Shown here: piece by piece, positions 54,468-64,000 of the stretch
Position numbering within the stretch: the stretch's first letter is position 1
Layout of the letters: each line of letters begins with the position of its first letter
Assembly (NCBI GenBank): GCA_038496445.1
Contig: JALMLS010000612.1
Coordinates: 558,001 to 622,000 of the forward strand
DNA length: 64,000 nucleotides
Reading direction: 5' to 3'
From: Trichosphaerium sp. ATCC 40318
Taxonomy: Eukaryota; Protista; Tubulinea
The notes under the pieces: generated by a model
Told to the model about the DNA's origin: nothing
What the model saw: the letters and a program-made list of their open reading frames with translations, nothing else
The model's database searches: none
Made by a program: the position numbers and the translations under genes

Positions 54468-55567
54468 ATGAGGAGCACTCTCTTTCTTGTTTTATCTTGT
54501 CTACTACTTGTTGGTACGTATAATCACGTGATCTGTTTATTGTCTGAGCTTCAAATTACGTATTAACTCTACAATAGCGTCATTCGCTTTAGAAACAAAA
54601 CGTACGTTGATGTTGCCAAAAGAAGCGCATTTAGTGCTAACTCTACCCGTTTTCACAACTGTATTTGTTTAATGACTCTTCAGCACCAATGAAACGCGTA
54701 TGCCGTGGAAAGGATGTGGTTTTGGATGGCAGTACGTAGTACCATTTGCTTTTCAACTTTTTTTGGGAAATGTCTCATCACCTTTCAAATAGGATATGAA
54801 CTTGAGTGGATTATTGATGATGGCGTTATTGAAGTTAACCTTGCTGTTGATGGTAACGTTTGGGTTGGTAAGTAAATCCAAAACAAGACTCCATCGTCTT
54901 TACTCCACTTATAGGGTTTGGATGGCACAAGACTAACGTTCGATTCGGTACTATTGCAACAGAGGTTTCGCAACTAACATTTATGTAGGTGAAATGATTG
55001 ATGCCGATGTTGTTCTGGGTACGGATTTTATCGTGTTTTCTCTCAGCTCACTCTATTTAGCTACTTTTGACAGCAATGGTAATGGTAATGTGGCTGACTA
55101 CTGGTCTGGAGGATTTCGTCCACCAACACTAGACACTGAACTTGGTGGAACAGACGATATTATCGTACGTTATAATGTTTTTAGAAATTGTTTTTCCTCT
55201 ATCTTTCTGATTTATTCACACGTGATAACGATCTGTTGTTTTTAGTCGCAAACAACGTCTCAGGAAGGTGGAACGACTTACGTATCATTTAAAAAACCAC
55301 TTGTCACTACTGACGAGTTTGATTGGGTTGTGCGTGCTTCTCTTATTTTTCTTCTTACATTTTTCTCACTACATCAAAAAAGGTTGAACAAGATGCTGGA
55401 CGTCAAATTATCTTTGCTCATGGTGAAGGTATTATTTCCACTGTACTACTATGTCCTCATGTGTCTTTTTAGATAACGAGTATCCTCTTAAACATCCTTT
55501 GGGCGCTGCAGGTTTTAAGATTTACAATTTGTATGGAGACTGTACACTTGTTTCCCACGAAAACTAA
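54468..55567 (+). CDS. Secreted DOMON-domain protein (many micro-exons)
   Basis: Signal peptide MRSTLFLVLSCLLLV; WVGFGW, GEMIDADVV, VADYWS..PTLDTELGGTDD, VSFKKPLVTTDEFD, IIFAHG. Confidence 0.85.
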
Positions 55568-55768
55568 ATAATAAAAGCACTTTTCAAATCACTTCTCGCT
55601 TTTCAAAGAAAATGTGCACAGGCTGTCTACACTGATTAATATGTATGTGAAGAGTAAATCAAGCACCTTGAACTTAACATGAGGATGGCTGAGATGGAAG
55701 CAAAAGGAAAGACGGAAAGGATTTTCACAAGTTTTTTTTGGTCGTTATTTTACAATTTTTGTGCATCC

Positions 55769-58095
55769 CTAAATTGCAGCTTCAGGCACCATTAGTTTTG
55801 CGTCTTCGTTATCAATATTATATCCAGGTTTTGCAACAAGCGGTTCGTGATGATTTCTGGTATTAAAGCGTAAACTCAAGTTTGGCGCATAATACTTGAT
55901 AGTTGCTACAAGTTGCTCAATGCTTCCATCCCACCAATAGGGGATAGGCACTAATGTTATTCCTATATATAAATCTATTAGAGACAAGTGCTTGTAATAA
56001 CATATTTTGGCTCCAGAAGATGAGCACGTGACTATGCAATCAACTTTAAAAAAATATGTAAATGTACAAGAAAATACCTGAGTTTCTGCAAGCTTGCATT
56101 TTCTCTATATCACGACTCTTTGTACTTGACACAAACATACCCTCAGGGAATATCTTGTCATGGTAATGTTGTTCACCTACCAGAAGTAACCACGTGGGTA
56201 AAAACACTTCAAAGAAAATGTGAACCCTATCAAAAAAAATACCTTGATACTCCAACGCAAGATTAATCTCCATAACGTAGACATCAACTGTCATATAAGA
56301 AGAAGATAGCCTTGAGAATGATAACCCAAGAACGTGTTCTTCAAACACGCGGCAAGATGGGAAAATCCTACTTACAGCTTGGAGAAGGAACCTAAAAAGT
56401 AAAAAAGTTAACAACGACCTAAAAGCTGCTTGAAGTTCGACGTACGCTTGCTTTGCTTTTTTGATTGTGTGGTTGAATCTATCCCATTGCCAGTTATGGT
56501 AAGGGTCTATGAGTGATAATACTTGCGGATAGTGAGGTAGTAAGCCTGCACCACCAAGTTCTATAATTTGTCTTGATGAAACGCGATACCAACCATCACC
56601 ATCTGCATTTAGTTTTTTAGAAACATGCTTCAGAAAAGCCAATCGTGTCTCTTTCTGTGACCATTGACGTGTGCCATTAAAATCAAGAGCATCAAACCTG
56701 GGAGAATGGCGCGCGTATATACTATTGAGAGCTTCTGCTAACGAAGAATAATACCTAAAAAACAAGCAACAACATGAGCAATAACCAGAAGAAAGAAAAA
56801 AAATATTAACAAAAACGCAACGTACTTTAGTACTTGGTTACCGCCTTCCTTGATTACAGTGCTTGGTGATACGTTTTTCCAATCATTCAGGACCTTAATA
56901 CCTACTCGCTCTGCTACAAGATTCATTGCATTTTCTTGGTTTTGGTCACTTAACCAAAACCCCTTCGCTACACGTTGACTACTCACGTGATAAGTAAAAA
57001 TAATAAACGTTAAGGTTATGATTGTGGGTACATACGAGAACTTTGATTTATCCCAGTTATGCTCAGGATAGACACCCTGTAACAAGTTCAAGAAAACATC
57101 ACCATACCTAAAACACAGTTAATATTCACTGTTTTTGTACGTTACGAAAAAACTAGTATTGTTGACAAAAGATATGCCCACGTGATATTTGAGAAGTATT
57201 TTCTGTTTGTAAAGGTATATTTATAATTGCAAACGCACTTCTGCATAATGCTAGAGCCTTCTGCAAGATGAATAGAGTCTTGATTAAATCCATACCATTC
57301 ATCTAAGCATTGAACACCAAGTGTTTCAGCTATAAGGTCCATTTTTTTACGTTGTCTCTCTACAGAGTCCCAGTAATACTTTGGAGCACATCTGAATTTA
57401 TGCGGAATCCATAAATGTGAAGGGTATAGAGCACTGAGGCATCTTGAAATCGAGTTTCCATACCTTAAGTTCTATTAAGTAATAAGGCACTTTTTATTGC
57501 ATGTGTAGCGTACTGCTGCATAATGCTAGAGCCTCCTTCATCTATTATATCTTGCCAAGATATGCCATACCACCCATCTAGATGTGTTACACCAAGTGTT
57601 TGAGCGATGAGATCGAGCTTTATCTTAAACTTTACAACTGCTGACAAACTTCTTTTTCCACTGCTTCTGTGGACCAGTAACGTTAGTAGACGAAGTGGAA
57701 TTAAAGGAGCTAACCGGAACCTGGTAGGAGACCAATCATAGTCGTTGAATACATGTGTCAAGCACTTTAACAACGATCCTTGGTATCTTGAACAAAATGT
57801 AAGAAAACTTTCCGTTTTATTCCTATAGCTTACGCTCTCATGAGCCTAGAACCTCCAAAATGTCCTATTTCATCAACGGTAATGTCATACCATCCGCTTA
57901 AATCTTTAACGTCTAGTTTGTACCCAATAACGTTCAGTTTTTCGTGTTGACGTGATTTATTATGCTTCGCCTTGAGTTTGTACACCTTATCTGCAATACG
58001 GTTCAGTTTGTATGTAGCACAGTCAAATAAGGCCTATGCTTACGAAAAGGTAATTTGATGCGGTTTTGAGCGCTTTTGAGAGGATTAACCCTCAT
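55769..58095 (-). CDS. Five ~65-70-aa tandem repeats + C-terminal PD-(D/E)XK (Vsr/DUF559/RAP-like) endonuclease domain (start approximate)
   Basis: Repeat consensus IaxxLgVxxLdgWYxxxxxxIxxxGGxxlmxxYxxSxxxxLxxvyPxhxWxxxxF; nuclease-like tail MTVDVYVMEINLALEYQGEQHY..RDIEKMQACRNSGITLVPIPYWW. Confidence 0.8.
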
Positions 58096-58227
58096 GTACG
58101 CGAATTACACTGCCAATGATATCCATACGTTACAGTACATACTCACTGATGAGCGCATCATTAAGCGCTGGACAAGCTATGACTTTATTTTTGACACTTA
58201 TCACTCGTATTTGAAACACTCTATTGC

Positions 58228-58819
58228 ATGTCTCGCGAGCTATTTTGGAGATTAGGTTGTTTTTCAGCGGCTGCTGCAGTAACGCTAGGAGCATTCGGTG
58301 CTCATGCACTAAAAGCGAGGTAAACCGATGTATTTATCCATGTCATGACACTTTGGTAGAATTAACGACCCGCGATTAATTAAAAACTGGGAAACCGCCA
58401 CATTGTACGTTAAAGTACCTCAACTCGCAATAACACTCATGTAGATATCATTTTATACACTCTATTGGTCTTTTATGTGTGGCTGTAGCCCCAAAGTTTT
58501 CTAAAAACGCAGGTGCGACGCCTCATGATGCCAAAATGGGGACAGCGACTAATAATCTAAAAAGGTTTTTGCATGATTGGTGGCATAGCTGTATTTTCTG
58601 GCTCTTTGTACACTCTTGTGCTTACCAATCAACGTTGGTGCGTTACTTACATTGCCTTCGTATAGCCTAAACCTAACACTGTCACTAGGCTGGGTGCCAT
58701 TACACCTATTGGCGGTACAAACACATTCATTTGATTTTGTTTGGATTTTATTTTCTGACACCTACAATTTAGGAGTTTGCATGATAGGAGCGTGGCTTTT
58801 CCTTGCTGGTGCGATATGA
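58228..58819 (+). CDS. TMEM256: TMEM256/DUF423 small membrane protein
   Basis: AVTLGAFGAHALK, WETATLYHFIHS, FSGSLY, LGAITPIGG. Confidence 0.93.
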
Positions 58820-58841
58820 GCACGTGCTACAAAGAATTGTA

Positions 58842-59969
58842 TTAATACGTTGCGCGTCCTCCACTAATATCGTAACACTGTCCTGTAATAAAAGCAGATT
58901 CTTTGCTAGCTAAAAAGTGCACCAATGCGGCAACCTATTGTCGATACAAAAGTTAAAACTTGACTTATAAACTTTTGACACGTGCCTCTTCAATCTTGCA
59001 TGTGCGCCCTTTAGGAATCTTCGATATCATGTAGTCTACATTAGCCTTGTCTAATTGGTCTAGAATAGGTGTTTGGACTACAGCAGGAGCTATACTGTTC
59101 ACAGTGATATCACCTTTTAAACTTAGTAAAAGACAACTTCTTCAACCGTTGTACCGTCTTTTGCAACTTCCTTGGCCAGACTCTTAGTCAAACCAATCAG
59201 CGCAGCCTTGCTCGCGCTATAAGGTACCATACGTGGGTTTCCCTATACACCACCAGTAAACGAAGAGACAGAACTCGAAGAAAAGTAAAGCGAAAAAGTT
59301 TGTTCCCATTTGAACCAACATCAGTTTAAAAAATAAAGCGGAGGTGTACCTCTTTGCCAGCGATACTTGCAACGTTTATAACGCGACCATACTTTTGTTT
59401 ACGCATGTCTGGCATAATAGCATTAGTCAGCATGAACGGTCCAATAAGATTGACTGCCAGAACTTTTTCAAAGTCTTCTCTGCTCAGTTCCCACATGAAT
59501 GCGCTCCTAACAGGTGATTAATTGGTACACGCGTGCTAATAAGGTTTTTTGTTCGCTATCTTTTTTTTACTTTTACGCGTACTTTCCAGCAATACCAGCA
59601 CAGTTAACTACAATGTCGATACTATCTGATCCTGACTCTTTTTTCATTTTTTCTACAGCATTTTTTATATCTTCTGCCTAAAACGGTTGTTTCTTTAAAA
59701 CTGGTAACTGAAATAATTGACAAGTGGTACCTTCGTTACATCTCCCACTAATGCGACACCTCCCACTAGTTTTGCTGTCTCTTCAGCGTTTTTGGCGTTA
59801 AAATCAAAAACGCCTACTTTAGCTCCAGCCTGTACAATAATTTGAAACGTGGGCGCGCGTGTATAATTACCTTAGCGAATCTGGTGGCAATACCTTTACC
59901 AATACCCTGTCCGGCGCCTGTCACAATTGCTACTTTATCTTTTAACGAATAAAAACCTTCTTCAGCCAT
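58842..59969 (-). CDS. Classical short-chain dehydrogenase/reductase (FabG-like)
   Basis: TGAGQGIG, VNCAGI, NVASIAGKEGN, YSASK, VNSIAP, ITGQCYDISGGRATY. Confidence 0.95.
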
Positions 59970-60172
59970 GGTTGTGATGTTTAGATTTTTTGATTGAATA
60001 GTCTTGACAGGCGCTTTACTTCATCAAATCAAAAGCTGTGCAGTTTTTACGCACGAAAAACTAACAGTATTAAACAGTTGATCACACTGAGCAAGGGCGG
60101 TACAAAATTGTTTTTGACAATCCGCAAATAGGAATTTGAACGGCAAAAACTGATTGTCAAGAAATAACCGTA

Positions 60173-61513
60173 ATGACTGCCACGCTAGATAAAACGGATT
60201 TGATTAACCTTACTGGGTTCTACTATACCGACATTAGCTCTGAGGACATGCTAGCTGTCGCTACAAAGCTTACACAAGAATTGTTTACAGAACTAATGAA
60301 ACAACCCGTAACACAGTCTCAGCGCGGTATTGTGATCAAATTGCCATCAAGCAAAACATCTGAGATCCCAAGAGAAAAAGAGGTGAAATACCAATTTACA
60401 ATGATTATTATTTACTCTATGTAGATGCCAAAAGCTAGAGAGCCAACAAAATGGTACTTAGTCTTTGCACATTACATTTACGCATATAAAATGCTTCTAA
60501 TACGCATAAAAGGGAGAAATTTGCGAAAGAAAACGGTATTAAGAAAAGAACTAGAGATAAAACAGTATTCGAGCCAATTTCCAACACATGGGTTAAAAGA
60601 TGGGGTAGAAACGGCATCAATGACCTCAAAAGAGTTCACGTTATTGGTAAATGTTATACTTATATTTCTTCTATTTTTCATTTACCGGACCGTCCGGTCC
60701 ATTTGTCTGTCTATCCTTGTTTACATGCGTTGTATGTGTAGTGTAAAACAAACTAACTAATTTTGTAGAGTCTGACAGAGACTACCCTGAAGGCGAAGAT
60801 CCATTTCTTGACGACAAGCGTGCTAAAGACGACCGTAAAAAGGCAAATAAGGAAAAACAACGTAAAAATGAGCTCGCACGTCTTAAAGAAAAGAATAAAC
60901 AAGTTGCTCCTGGTGTTATTGCTTTAACAGCAAACATGGGAGAAAGGACACGTCACATGAAACATGATATTGATAGAGCTGTTGGTATTGCACAGAGGTC
61001 AACAGCATCAATGGGTCAATTTGATAAGAAGAGAAGAGGCGAGAAAGATATCGCTAAACCGCTAAAGGTAACTAAAAATTTCAGGTTTTTTAAAGTCCGG
61101 AACCAATAACGGTCTTTCTCGCTTATAATACGATTTTTTATTCCGTTTTTATTACATCTGGTTGCTATTATATAGTGTAAGCTATACTAGGCATGATTTA
61201 CAGTATAACACTTTGATAAAGCGAAACAAAAATCGTTTTTCTTTTTCCTTTTTTGGTTTTCTGCTGTTGATTTTGATTTTTTTTCTAGTACAAAAAGCGT
61301 GTAGCAAATCCTTTAGATGAAGCAGACATGTCCAAGAAGGTATTAGGACGTATCATTAGAAACTTAGACGGTGATGGTTTGGATGATACAAAGGCAGTAG
61401 GTCGCGGTCAACAGTCAGAACAAAGAAAAAACAGAAAAAGAAAAATCAAAGATGTACAAGAAACTATCCTAAAGAAACAGAAAAAGAGAAAGGTCCCAAG
61501 AAGCGACCTTTGA
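60173..61513 (+). CDS. RRS1: Ribosome biogenesis regulatory protein RRS1
   Basis: DLINL..TQELF, LP..IPREKEMPKAREPTKWEKFAKENGI, WVKRWG, DPF, AQRSTASMGQFD. Confidence 0.92.
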
Positions 61514-61904
61514 AAATACCACAAAGGGAAAATATCATTACAAATTTACGGCTATGCTTGAATTTTTTTAAAAAAGCAATAATCGTCTCGCTGTACAAAT
61601 AAGACTCAAAATAAACAAACCGTTACTTTTACAAAACAAATCAGAAAAGTTAGAAAACGTTGTTCTTCTCCCCTCTCCAAGTCACGCTTTGGAAAACTAG
61701 TCAGTATCAAGGCGTACTAAATCATCCGATACAAGCTTGCTAGTAAAAAACCCACAATTAACTTTGTGGTTGGAACTGACACTTTTAAAAGGGCAAAAAA
61801 AAACAGGGGTACACGGAAATCAGGGTTAGCTTGTAGCTAGGCCATGTTTACAAGTATAGGTCAGACACGTGCCATCCTACTTTAAGTCAGTTAACGAAAA
61901 AAGG

Positions 61905-61948
61905 TACAGGAACTCGAACAGGAACCCATACAGGAACTCGAACAAGAA
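61905..61948 (+). repeat. Near-perfect tandem duplication, 24-bp period (TACAGGAACTCGAACA core)
   Basis: tacaggaactcgaacaggaaccca followed by tacaggaactcgaacaagaa, just upstream of the BTB gene ATG. Confidence 0.7.
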
Positions 61949-61970
61949 TAAAACATAAACATAAACGCAC

Positions 61971-63224
61971 ATGGATCAACTGCAGGGAATACTACAAAAA
62001 CTAACGAAAGAGGTATGCACACATCCACAAAATTGTTGGAGATTTTAACAAAAGGAAGGTAACTGACCTTGAGGCCAAAAAAACAGGTTTGCAGAGCGAG
62101 ATTGAACAAACCAAAATAGCAGCTCAAAAGGTATGGGGTAGCTACATACAGAGTTTTTTTGTACATGACATTCGGTAGGAAATTGATGTGGAGAAAACTA
62201 AGCTCGCTCTAGAACAAAGTAAACTTGACAAGGCCAAAGCACAATTCAATGAGCTCTCAAAGACTCAATGTGCCACTATAAAGGTGCAAGTTGGCGATAT
62301 AGTTTTCACGACTACCCCAAAGACCCTCAAACGCGAACCAGAGTCATTAATCGCCACAGCTGTACCTGTAAACAAATCTTCGTCGACGTCTGTTTTCTTT
62401 GATCGGTACGCATAGTCCCAACGAAGTTCACGTGGCCATTTCTTCTTTTGTGTCAACTTTTTTAATGTGATTGTAGTGACCCTAAGATGTTTGAACCTGT
62501 ATTGGTATACTTGAGGGACGGTGTTGTTGAGAAACCGACCAAAGTTTCAACTAAGGCACTTGAACGTGAGTTTAAGTTCTATGGTCTTGAAAAAGCTATC
62601 ACTTTGCTGAAGGCACTACCAAAGGAGCCATTTGAGAAGCCAAACGATGGTGTGGCTTCTGCGTTAGCTTCATTAAGTGACCTTGTGAAAGCTCAAGCTC
62701 TACCGACAAGGAACTATAGTAAGTTCATCAGTAGCTGATCTTGTTAACATCATGTTGGCTTTGGTTTCTGTTGCTTCAGTTGCAATACCAAACGGATACT
62801 ATAACACCAGCCATAACTATACTAATGCAATCAATGGTAACACTGTGGGATTTGGGACTAAGAGTGGCCCTTCAACTGTTACATTTACATTGTCAAAGGA
62901 GTGTATTCTTGCTCATGTAGTCGTTGGGGTATGCTATTTTCTTTTGTTTGTCTAATTTCGTTTACAAGGTTTCAATAAAGTGCAAGGTGGTTGGGGTTCT
63001 TCTTATCTAAACGGAGCAAGTTGGACTTTTAAGGGTGCAAATGGTACCGTAACGAGAAATATTCCAAACCAGGTACGAAGTCCTACGATTTTTTATGTAA
63101 AATGACATTTATTCAGCAAATTATGCCAATATCAAATGTATTCTCTGTTGCTTGTAAAACAAAAAGTATAACCGTAAGCAAACAATCATACTTTGCTTTT
63201 GGCTACATACTCTTCTTTGAGTGA
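61971..63224 (+). CDS. Coiled coil + KCTD-type BTB/POZ domain + beta-rich C-terminal domain
   Basis: IKVQVGDIVFTTTPKTLKREPESLI..VFFDRDPKMFEPVLVYLRDG..LEREFKFYGL. Confidence 0.88.
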
Positions 63225-63779
63225 GTAAAAGGGCATGACAGTAAAAGAAGAGTGGAACAATCACAACTTAGTGCTTTATGTAAATAAAGTTTATTTTTGA
63301 AACTAGTGTAATGAGTTAAAAGAGTTTTTATTCAAAGCGTGACCAGCTTGAAGCTTCTAAGATCACTTCAACTTTAACCCAAAAAAACAGCCAGTGTTAA
63401 TGAACGCACAAAGTATAGGCGTAGAGTGTCATGGCGAAGTGTACCAAAAAAACAAAACATATTTTCAAATGTATTGGTTTAAAAAAAACAAACTGCAAAT
63501 GTTGTTCCTTACACAACGACTGGTGCATCCTTGAGGAAAATAGACATTGCTGTAATACGTATCCTTCGTATAAACGAGATCGGGAATAAAGGGAGGTAGT
63601 TTTATGGCGCCTACGTGTTAATAATAAAATGAGAATAGAAGTTTTTGGTTTTTTTTGGATAAATTTTTTACTTTTTTCGTATTGTTAAACAGGTACAAGG
63701 TGTTCTTCTTCTTATTCGAGGGGCAAACATATCAGCCAAGGATAGTAAATACATTTGTCTTTGAGATATCTATTATTAT

Positions 63780-64000
63780 TTATCCTGGTCTACTCAATCT
63801 TGCACGTAACTCATCCATAGGATTAGTAGGCCTTGCTGGAGGACGGGATGCGCCTATTACAAAATAGTTTAAAAAAAAGCAGGAATACGAATTTCATCGC
63901 GTTTAAAAGATGACTTGAAAACCAATAAGTATTTGCGTACCACCTGGCCTTCCGCCACCGCCGCTTCCGCCACTTACACCCTGACCTGGCGTGACTTTCT
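63780..64000 (-). CDS. 3' end of a Gly/Pro-rich protein, possibly an actin regulator (gene starts beyond the window)
   Basis: ..KVTPGQGVSGGSGGGGRPG | GASRPPARPTNPMDELRARLSRPG* across one GT-AG intron. Confidence 0.5.

Noticed and set aside
54936-54950. GTTCGATTC, a tRNA T-loop-like motif (similar motifs at ~33926, ~43886 and ~49922)
   Set aside because: No cloverleaf stems; this one lies in a DOMON exon.
12033-63224. Apparent cluster of ubiquitin/cullin-system genes (F-boxes, COMMD8, E2, CACUL1, BTB)
   Set aside because: They are scattered among unrelated genes and belong to large families, so chance co-occurrence is sufficient.

Overview
This window is gene-dense, AT-rich nuclear DNA from an intron-rich unicellular eukaryote. 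An amoebozoan is most likely, given the Dictyostelium-type STAT with SH2, the LisH-RasGEF and the IQ-RhoGEF. I reconstructed about 35 protein genes by eye across short (mostly 40-110 nt) spliceosomal introns, so exon boundaries are manual models. Recognisable genes are PPase, a BAG-HSP20 fusion, an ABCC transporter, a RanBP2 zinc-finger protein, a Gfo/Idh/MocA oxidoreductase, COMMD8, SPRING1, a RhoGEF, a SET-Tudor protein, an E2-F-box fusion, a ricin-B lectin, an Arf-like GTPase, CACUL1, a peroxisomal crotonase, a PPR protein, a RasGEF, SUMF2, GST, membrin, STAT, a DOMON protein, TMEM256, an SDR, RRS1 and a BTB protein. Interspersed among them are intronless orphan genes and giant-virus-like F-box-repeat genes. 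Five signals stand out. (1) A gene with five tandem ~65-70 aa helical repeats fused to a PD-(D/E)XK/Vsr-like nuclease domain, a candidate modular repeat-guided nuclease. (2) An atypical splicing code, with GYACGT donors and at least nine GC-AG introns. (3) Strong intronic enrichment of the palindrome (T)CACGTG(A). (4) Unusual domain fusions (BAG+HSP20, RhoGEF+WWE, E2+F-box). (5) A birth-and-death F-box-LRR family seen as an intact gene, a pseudogene and a relic. I found no rRNA, tRNA, CRISPR array or clear transposon. No database searches were run, and family calls rest on recalled motifs.
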